Shown: piece after piece, positions 53,688 to 64,000 of the stretch
Numbering within the stretch: the first letter of the stretch is position 1
How the letters are laid out: each line of letters opens with the position of its first letter
Source: Octopus vulgaris
Taxonomy: Eukaryota
NCBI GenBank assembly: GCA_951406725.2
Contig: OX597820.1
Span: forward strand, 58,652,001 to 58,716,000
Direction: 5' to 3'
DNA length: 64,000 nucleotides
Made by a program: the position numbers and the translations under genes
The notes under the pieces: generated by a model
Told to the model about the DNA's origin: nothing
Databases searched by the model: none
Seen by the model: only the letters and a program-made list of their open reading frames with translations

Positions 53688-56002
53688 AATTGCGTCTATG
53701 ATTATGTGTCTATGTTTGCCACCCCACCAACATCGCTTGACAACCGTCACTTAGCGGTTCGATAGATTAAGTACCAGGTTTACAAAGACTAAGTCCTGGG
53801 GTCGATTTGCTCGACTAAAGGCGGTGCTCCAGCATGGCCGCAGTCAAATGACTGAAACAAATAAAAGAAAAACCCTCGATGTTTTGTCGTTCGTAGTAAC
53901 GACAGCATTTTCTTTGTGTTTACGGGAAGGATAAAAATTTTATTTAATCTCACCTATTCAGTGTTCTTCGTAACACACCCTTTCGGGGAGCAATAAAATA
54001 GGTACCAGTTGAGCACTGGGATCGATGGAATCGACCTCCTCTACCCTTCCAAATTTACTGCCCTTGTGCCAAAGTAAGAAAGGATTGTATAACGTATACT
54101 GTTTTGTGACCGTGGTGTACGATTTCAAGAGAAATTTGCCTGCTATTTCTAATTGCTTGAACAACTCCGTAGAGACACCAGCGTTGGTGTCTATATCAGT
54201 CATGGGCAAACTGCGATCCGTAGGGCTTTCTGAATGACACACCAACGAACAATTACTTTAACTTACCTTTTAGTACTGCAGCTTGTTTGGTGATGGTCCA
54301 GTCTCATACAGACTAAATCTCAAAAATGTTGCCCATGTCTGTTCTAAACCAATTGTAGCAAATAACAAAGATTTCCAGCCAAGTGTTGATTGTTGTTATT
54401 GTTGTTGTTAAGCAACAAGACGGGTAAGGGTGATTAGGTGATGTCTAGGGCTTAGGGGCGGGAGACCCCAGACCTTGGAAAAAAAAAACTTTGGTCGTCT
54501 TGTTGTAATCGAGGTCTCTTCGTTGACGCCCGACATCACTGGGAGGTGGCCCTCGAAGTCGCTGGAAATGGAGATCTCCAGGTCCAATTTGTTGAACGGC
54601 GCCAAGTGTTGAGGCTCTAATCTGTCTTCCACTTGACAGATATAAAATCACAATTAACCAGGCGCTGGCATGGCAGTGTAGTGAGAAATTCGCTATCCAA
54701 CCACATGATTTTGGGTTCAGTTTCACTGCGTCGCATTTTGGGCAACGCAATGGCGTAGCTAACAGGGGAGCAATAGGAGCCCCCACCACCACCACCACCA
54801 CTGAGCACATTTTTCAAAATTGGCGCCTTTTCAACAATTTAAAAAAAAAATTCTTTAGTTCACTTGTGCGATAAAAGTCGAATCTCTTTTTTCTTGTATG
54901 ATTCACATGGCTTTTGGAAGACCTTTTCAGGAGTCATTACTTTATTTGACCAGCCTCCCGTCTTTAGGAGTGACTGTGTGGTTAGTAGCTTGCTTCCTAA
55001 AAATGGCCGGGTACAGGTACCCGGTGATACTTGAGGGACGCCCCCCCCCCACAAGTGATACATATGCCTGGAGCCTGGCCATATCAGGAAGAACTGTACC
55101 AAGGGCCGTGGTAAGGCCCTGCAGCATGAAAAAGAGAAAGTGCTCGCCGCCCCTTCTTTGGAGGGGGTGACGGTGGAAGTCGTAGTGGAAGTTGCCTTCA
55201 CGAAAAGAAAAAGAAAGGTGAGCAACAATGGTTGCTCACCAAAGAATGTACAGGCGGCGGAGGAGGGTAGCGATCCCCCGCGTCTGTCGACGTAGCCCCC
55301 TGCTCCCGCAGTCTCAAAAAGAAAGAGGAGAAAGAGGAGCAGAAGACGGCCGGCGGATGTTCCTGGGCCGCCGACGGAGCCGCAGGTGGGATGTGTGCCA
55401 CCTGCGGATAGGGCTCCGTCAGTGGGAAGTGTGCCACTGACGGAGCAGTGTGAGGTCCCTTCCTGTGAAGAGGAAGTGTTTCTCTTCCTTTACCACGAGG
55501 TGAGTAAATTTTTGGACGGCTTGGGTGACCGAGAACGTGTGTACTCGGTCTGCCCAAGTAGTCCGATATGGCCTCCACAGGTGGCTGCGGGGGTAGTAAC
55601 GGAAAGCATTTTGTCAAAGGTCACAGCGACCTTTGACAAGAAAGAATTTGCTTTCCTCTTTGCAGGCCCCGACTTGTCGTTGCAGAGTTGTCTGCAGGCA
55701 GCAAGTCACATTGCTTGGGGGACCTGACAAAGAGAATTGTTGTAAATCTATGTGCTGCCCTTGTGAAAATTAAATGAAATAAAGTAGCTTGTAAGAGGTT
55801 TTAGTGCCTCCTTCTTGTAAGAGGTTTGAAACCTCATATTGATTTTTAAAAAAAGAAAATGTTTTCGAGAAAAATCCAATCGGCGGGTGTTGGGTTTCGT
55901 CTCTCATTTATTCATTCTATTTCATTTTCATTCATTAATATGTTTGTCCAGCTCGCAAAGCTACACAATCTTTGTACTGTCTATATGACCAATTTTATGA
56001 AA

Positions 56003-56372
56003 TAAAGTAGCTTGCTTACAAACCACATGCTTCCGGGTTCAGTCCTACTGCGTAGCACCTTGGGCAGGTGTCTTCTACTATAGCCTCGGGCCGACCAAAT
56101 CCTTGTGTGTGGATTTGGTAGACGGAAACTGAAAGAAGCCCGTCGTATATATGTATATGTATATATATATGTGTGTGTGTGTGTTTGTCCCCCCAGTATC
56201 GCTTGACAACCGATGCTGGTGTGTTTACGTCCTCGTAACTTAGCGGTTCGGCAAAAGAGACCGATAGAATAAGTACTAGGCTTCCAAAGAATAAGTCCTG
56301 GGGTTGATTTGTTCGACTAAAGGTGGTGCTCCAGCATGGGGGTAGTCAAATGACTGAAAAGAGTAAAAGAGT
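56003..56372 (+). mobile_element. SINE family 1 (5' truncated)
   Basis: Consensus match. Confidence 0.8.
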
Positions 56373-56666
56373 ATGCTTTGAGATTTGTGAGCTTACTGTA
56401 AAACATTTTATTGTGTTCAACTTTAGATACAAAATAACAGTTGTGTACTTCCTTTTAAATTATATCTTCTTCGGCTTTCGATTATAAACACAAAATTAAA
56501 ATGTATAATGAGTTAATAATTGTTTGGTATGTGTCGCGTCACCTTTTTATTATGTGCTCGCTCCTCCGAAATTTGGAACCTGGCTACGCTGCTGGGATAT
56601 CTTCCCGGGCCAACCAAAGCCTTGTGAGTAGATTTGGTTGCCGGAAACTGTAAGAAGCCCGTGGTT

Positions 56667-56707
<41 letters not shown>

Positions 56708-56779
56708 ACACACACACACACACACTCAGATAGGTAGACAGACAGACAGACAAATAAAGAGATAGAATGACAGATAGAC

Positions 56780-56834
<55 letters not shown>

Positions 56835-56849
56835 CAAACAGACAGACAG

Positions 56850-57013
<164 letters not shown>

Positions 57014-57034
57014 GTAATAGATAGATAGATAGAT

Positions 57035-58252
57035 AAGTTTCTTTATTGGCCACACAGGACTGCACACAGATGGGACAAGTTACAAGGTAGAGCTTTTCTT
57101 TTGGGGGATGAAAAAAAAACAAAAGACAAAAAACAAAAGAAACAAAAAAAAGGTGGCGTAGGCAAAAGCGATCGTAAAAGGGAAAAAAAAGAACAAAAAA
57201 TAATAAAAAAAAAGGAAAAGGAACAAAAGAAAAAAAAGAAGAAAAAAAGGGAGGGGGAAGGGGAAGAGGAAAAAAACCGTCAATAGGGATCGTGTATCAC
57301 AGTGTTATGATGTATGGTGTAAAGGGGAAAGCAAGTAAGGTTTATCCGTGGGAAGAAAAGCCTACGAAAAAGACCACGGTAACCTTGGTCAATATTGTTA
57401 TATGTTACCACATTTGTTTGCAAGTGGGTAACCCTCTGTTTTCAATTTCTGGGTTCATAGGATTATGCTCAAGGTGGCTTCGTCATTCATACGTGCTACA
57501 TACGTACAGTATCACTGGGTACTTGCTGCATTCACCCATCTTTTTTTAAAACATTCGCTAGACAAAACTTGCCTCTCTACTCTCACTTTCCTTTTCAAGT
57601 GGTACTTGAAGAAGTTGATGAGAGATTGACCAGAGGGGAAAGTGTTTGTCTCCAATCCTTTCAGACGCGTCCACCAGATACATTCTTTCGCCATAGCCAC
57701 AAGGATGATGAAAATAGCTCTTCCTTCCCGTTTGAAGGAAGGAGGCGTGACAATATTGACGATAGACTCAACTGATAAACCGACTCGTCCCACACGTGAC
57801 AGCAGTTGTTCGACATAAGCCCACAGGTCGGAAATTGTTGGACATTGTACGAGTGCGTGCAGAACGGTTTCGTCGCTCTGGCCGCATCTCGGGCAGGTCG
57901 GCCCCGTGTTTCTCGAGCCGTGTCTGTAGAGCTTATCCCGAACGGGTAGCACTTCTCGGTAGCACTGCCAGGCCAGGATTCTCTGGAAGTTGTCCATGGG
58001 CCCTGGCCTGAAAGTCGTCCTGAACAGACGGGTCAGGTACTCCTCGTCGACGTCCAGGTTCGCCCCGAGCTCGTCGTCGTACCTCCCCTCCACTAATCCC
58101 CTATAGAATGCTTTAGTTGTGATGAAGTCACTCAAGGTCGACCCAGGACGGCAGAGTTGCTTGAGAGCAGCGCGACACTCGCGGTGCCATTCGCCCTTCC
58201 TCGGCCTCTTTTTGATCCACGATTGCAGTTCGGTCATGGAGACGAGCTGCGG

Positions 58253-58256
<4 letters not shown>
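57035..58256 (-). mobile_element. 5'-truncated Tx1/L1-like LINE (C-terminal zinc knuckle plus 3' UTR) embedded in (GATA)n
   Basis: ORF 57512..58237 with CPRCGQSDETVLHALVQC; 3' UTR similar to 49349-49607; GATA repeats on both sides. Confidence 0.88.
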
Positions 58257-58342
<86 letters not shown>

Positions 58343-59468
58343 TGATTGATTAATTGATTGATTGATAGATCGATTTGTATGTGTCCTAGTTTTTGCCCAC
58401 CACCACCGCTTGGCAACCGGTATTGGTTTGTTTACATCTCCGTGATTTATTGTTTTGGCATAAAAGTGACTGATAGAATTAAGTAACAGATTTTTTTTTT
58501 TTTTCAGAAAAAAGAAAAAGTATCGGGTTCGATTTGCTTAACTAAGATCCTCAAGGTGGCACCCCAGCATGAGAGCAATCTAAACAAATAAAAAATAACC
58601 CTGACAGACACTGAGAAACGGATCATTGCCACAGCAATAGCTTCCTTAGTCCCATTCGTTACATTTGCGATACGAAAAGTAAGTTTCGCCATAGCAAGTA
58701 ATTACAGGGGGTTTCAAATTTTGGCACAAGGTCAGCTATTCTAAGGGAAGGGGATAGTTGATTACATCGAGCCCAGTGCTCAGCTGGTACTTATTATATC
58801 GACTTCGAAAAGATGAAAGGTAAACTCGACCTCAGCGGAATTTGAGCTGAGAATCTATAGAGCCAGAAGAAATGTCATTAAGTATTTTGTCCGACGCGCA
58901 AACGATTCAACGAAATTGACGCTTTTCTACCAGTTCGCTGCCTTTATAGCAAGCAATAACAATCCTTTCAACTATAGGCACAAGGCCTGAAATATTTGGG
59001 GAGTGGGTTAGTCGATCACATCGACCTCCAGTGCACAACGGGAACTTGTTTTATCGACTTCGAAAAGATGAAAAACAAAGTCGACTTTGACAGAATTTGT
59101 ACACAGAACCTAAACACGGGTGAAATGCTGATAAGCATTTTGCCCGGTGTGCTAACGATTCTGCCAGCTAGCCGCTTTATATCAGGCAATAGCGATATTA
59201 ACGTGACAGGCAATAATAATATTGATATGACGTTTTCCTCAAGACAAACAATTCTTAACTCTTCTCATGGTCTTCCTCAAGCTGCCAAGAGAACACTCAC
59301 CTGTATTTTATCCAGGAATAGCTTCTGATATAGATACCCCTTGTATCATATGATCATACGGCTATCTTTACCTAGTTATCCAATTCAATTATCTCGTCAT
59401 TTTAGTTATCGTGTGCTGAAAAAGACTTTGGCACGGTACAAATGCACCTATAACTGGTCACAGATATG

Positions 59469-59504
<36 letters not shown>

Positions 59505-61352
59505 AACTTTAGGTTAGTTGAAATATCTTTGTTACATATTTCAACTTCTAAAGGCATATTCACTGCAGTTAATGTTTAAAAAAAATTCTCTCTTATAGAA
59601 AAAATGTGTAAAAACACCATTTCTGTCCAGTGCTGCACTTTCCGATTCCCAGGCGCTGCGCTTCGAGATTTTTAGCTATTGTCAATGGAAAATATCGAAG
59701 AGAGGTAACTCTGGACACCTCTAAAGTCGTCGCTTTAACTAAAACCAGTCAACAACATTGACTGATTTGCGCTATTAGACCGCCAAGTCGAAAGGAATTC
59801 GTCGTTGTCGGTGCCAAGCAGTGAATAGATATAGGCGAACTTTAGATTATTTAAAATACGTTTGTGACATATTTCAACTTTTCAAGTCAAATTCACTGCA
59901 GTTACTGTGGAAAGAAATTATTTCTTATATGATAAAACGGTGTAAAAACACCATATCTGTCCAGTGCTAGAGTTTTTTCACCACGGTAACTGCAGTGAAT
60001 TTGCCTTTCGAAGTTGAAATAAGTCGCAAACATATCTAAACTAACCTAAAGTTCGCTTATGCCTAAACACTGCTAGAAACGCAGCGTCTGGGAATCCGAA
60101 AGGAAGCAGCACTACACGGGCATGAAGGCCAATAAATTCAAGAGAAGTTATATGCAACATATGCATTTGCTTAGATGCAGAGATAGAGAGAGAATTTCAT
60201 AGCTCTGTTTCGTTTCCTCTGAGGACATCGTGACCTCCAAAATGAAACCCTAACATCGATTGGATGGTCATTGACATGAATTTACCATACTTACACGGCG
60301 TCCGCAATTTCTAGCTCTGTCTCCGCGAAAGACTTTATATTTTCTACCAGCCTGCAGTATTTATTTACAGGAAACACGAAACATCTTATTGCTGCTGACA
60401 ACCTACATATACCTATTTCTTTACTACCCACATGGGGATAAACACAGAGAGGACAAACAAGGACAGAGAAACGGACCCCAGTGCGTAACTGGTACTTAAT
60501 TTACCGACCCCGAAAGGATGAAAGGCAAAGTCGACCTCGGCGGAATTTGAACTCAGAACGTAACGGCAGACGAAATACCACTAAGCATTTTGCCTGGCGT
60601 GCTATCAATTCTGCCAATTCATCACCTTATACCACATATACCACCTTAACAATGGCTGCATCTCAACTCTGACTGCCTCACACCTAAGGACAGGGTTCAT
60701 AACCGGCAATGAATAAGTAGACCATAGGCATACATTCCAGTCTTATGCATCCTCCTTAACCACATACGTTCGGTTCCATACACGTAGATGCGTGCGCACA
60801 TACACACATATACATTTATGCAGGTATGGTTTTCCCGCCTTTCTTGTTCGCACACAGAAACATCAAAAGCATACATATATATGCACACACTAGATAAAAA
60901 CACAATCAGGCATACGTTTTTCCTGACAAACCCGTACACGTTCATACATGCGCATACAAATACTCAAAACTACATACGTGCATCAAACAACCACACGCTC
61001 ACGCACCCATCCATGCATCCTAAACACGTACAGGCACACGCGCTCATGCAGAAGGCACTAACGCGCGCGCGCATGCACACATACGCACATATTTATACAC
61101 ATATAAGTGACTGACAGGCAGGTGATACATATACTTGACACCATACACCAGCATATTCACGCATGTGAGGACTCACACATGGTTGATACGTATTGACACA
61201 CACACACACACACACGCACCAAGAAACGGATGCCATAAGCTTTCAACCACACGCTAGCTTAAAAACATACACATCTTCTACACCCACACACGCTTAACAG
61301 ATACACATGAATAGGTATCAGGCACTCACATCTACACACTCATGCAGATGGT

Positions 61353-61399
<47 letters not shown>

Positions 61400-61867
61400 C
61401 ACATGCATACACACACAAACACACACATCTTTGTCGACCATTTATCTGATGTTCCACAAGTCCCTTCAAAGACCGGCCAGGTAGTTAGGCACCACCAGGT
61501 TCCTGTCCACCCACGAAGTCCAAAATCTTCTTGTTAATGCATTTGGTGTCGCTGGAATATCGCTTTCAATTCAAATAACACTCCCCTTGACCAATAGCTG
61601 CCAAGTTGCTGGTAATTATTTTCATGCATCTCTCCATTCAATTAACTGAGCTCGACAAATGAGGTTTCTGTAAGAAGCCTACGAAACTTGAAGTCGCACG
61701 GGGCCGAATGAAACTGTCTTAAATAATTATGTTTGGTGGTGGTGGTGGGCATTTAATTGTTTTCAAATGAAAGAAACAAAACGGAACGTGAAGTCTTTAA
61801 TTTTCTTTATTGATCCCTTTATACATATCTATCCATCTATCAATATTATTGAGAGTAAGAGATAGAT

Positions 61868-61916
<49 letters not shown>

Positions 61917-62955
61917 AATGAAGGAAAGGAGGAAGGAAGGAAGCATGGAAGAGGGACTGTTTGTGCTTTATGTGCATGTGAATATGACTGTGATGTATAC
62001 GAAAGATTACATTTTTGGGCAACTGCTTAGCACATGTGCAATATAGTTCAATAGTCATTTACGTTTGCATCTTGCGAGTTTAAGGGCTTCACCATCTCTT
62101 TGTTCATTTGACATTCTACAGCTATCTCCTGCTTTTGGATTGCAAAAGGCATAACCAAGAGAGGCTACAGTTCATGTTAATATTATTATCCTCCCCAAGC
62201 TTGCAGGAAGCATATCCAAGTATAACCTTTTTATTGTATGCAGAGTGTTTCTCTTCCAGGTCTTTGTTGACGTGGGATATTGATACGCGTATGGATTTAC
62301 AGGAGAATACCTTAGATATCTTCATCCTTCTGTGAAAAATTCGTCAGTGTCAGTTTTTCTATGGAAGTTTGCCGTTGATGTCAGGATATTACTGGTTTTA
62401 ATGTCCAATTTTATTGTCTATAGAGCAGGTTTCCTCTAAAGACCAGTCAAGTATCCCAAATGTATCTGAACCAACACAGCAGATGCGTTGTAGGGCTGTT
62501 GTGTACATACACCACAACACCCCTTTGTATCGTCTATCTGTCCGAATATTTTGTTATCCTCAATTGCGCTTTTTGTTCCTTTTTATATTTATATATTCAT
62601 TTAGCGGTGTACGTGCACACATGTTCTCTGTGTAGAATTGGACATTAAAACCAGCAATATCCTGACATCAACGGCAAACTTCCATAGAAAAACTGACACT
62701 GACGAATTTTTCAAAGAAGAAAAGGATGAAAAGATCTAAGATCAGTGCAGATCTCTGGTATTCTCCTGTAATACGTATGTATGTATGTATGTATGTATGT
62801 ATGTATGTATGTATGTATGTATGTATGTGTCTATGTATATATGTACGTATGTATATAAGTACGTACGTACGTCCGTACGTATGTATGCATGTATGTATGT
62901 ATGTATGTATGTATGTACGTACGTACGTACGTATGTATGTATGTCGCTCTCTCTC

Positions 62956-62991
<36 letters not shown>

Positions 62992-64000
62992 TGTATATGT
63001 CTGGTCACTTTCGAGTGCTACTGGTAACATGTAACCCAGTACAACCTGCTGCATGGTCGGGTCGTCGGCGACTAAACCGGCAACCCCACCAAGCTTGCTT
63101 GGTGAAGAGGGTTTTTATTGGACACCCTGCGGGATAAAAAACAAAACCCGTCAAAGGACGGAGGAATTCTTGAGAGTCAACGGCCATCCAATAAATGTCT
63201 TAAGGCTGTATCATGCGCGGGGACATAGAAATAATCGGACTGAATACCCGATCGCGCGGTTAAACCATTGGGAGTGAAGGGATCCTAGCCTTTGGTAGGG
63301 CATCCTTCTAGGAGAAGGTAACTCAGGTAACTGGGATAACTCCGACATAAAACCTGCAGCTCAGTGGTTACCGATGATGTTGACTTGTTCTTCTTTTCGG
63401 ATTATGGCTGTTGTTGCTTAGTGAGTGGGATTAACTCAGTGCACAGCCTTTCCTCACTTAAAAAAAAATCTTCTTGCACAGGCATTGCACGATAACAACA
63501 TTGATTTAGCTTCATGCAATGGCCATACTCGATAACGAGGGGGCAGCCACCATGTATGTATATATATGCCTGTTATGTATGTATGCACGTATGAGTGCCT
63601 GTATGTATGTATGTATGTATGTATGTATGTGTCTTTATGTTTGTATGCATGTATGTATATGTATGTACGTACGTACGTATGTATGTATGTGTCTATGTAT
63701 ATATGTATGTATGCATATAAGTACGTACGTACGTATGTATGTATGTATGTATGTATGTATGTATGTATGTATGTATGTATGTATGCATGCATGCATGCAT
63801 GTATGTATGTATGTATGTATGTATGTATGTATGTATGTATGTATGTATGTATGTATGTATGTATGTATGTATGTATGTAGAAAGTTAATTTGGCTTATAT
63901 GAAATCTACTAATGAAAAGTAAAAAAGAAGACAAAAACAAAGACAAAAGCAATAGATATGAGTTTGGTGGAAAATTTAACTTGGAAAAGCAGAATCTAGG

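Overview
AT-rich, microsatellite- and SINE-dense animal genomic DNA. The SINE families and repeat landscape suggest an octopus/coleoid cephalopod (inference). The only host genes I can support form a cluster of divergent MMACHC (CblC, cobalamin-processing chaperone)-like paralogs. Copy A (+) has exons 3-4 in the window. Copy B (+) is a complete 4-exon gene of about 260 aa at 15458-27629. Copy C (-) is much more divergent, has exons 3-4 and carries a SINE inside exon 4. An orphan duplicate of B exon 2 lies on the - strand. All three paralogs replace the glutathione-binding arginines of canonical CblC (human R161->P, R206->A). The SINE in copy C is bounded by GT...AG such that splicing would restore the ORF exactly. 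The window is dominated by a large, highly similar inverted duplication (about 2.7-27.1 kb mirrored at about 64.0-42.7 kb) with reciprocal deletions; its inner breakpoint abuts a hAT transposon whose ORF is open but has catalytic-site substitutions. The rest is mariner, pogo, RTE, Tx1/L1-like, RLE-LINE and Penelope remnants, three SINE families and long microsatellites. Most ORFs in the supplied track are microsatellite or SINE artefacts.
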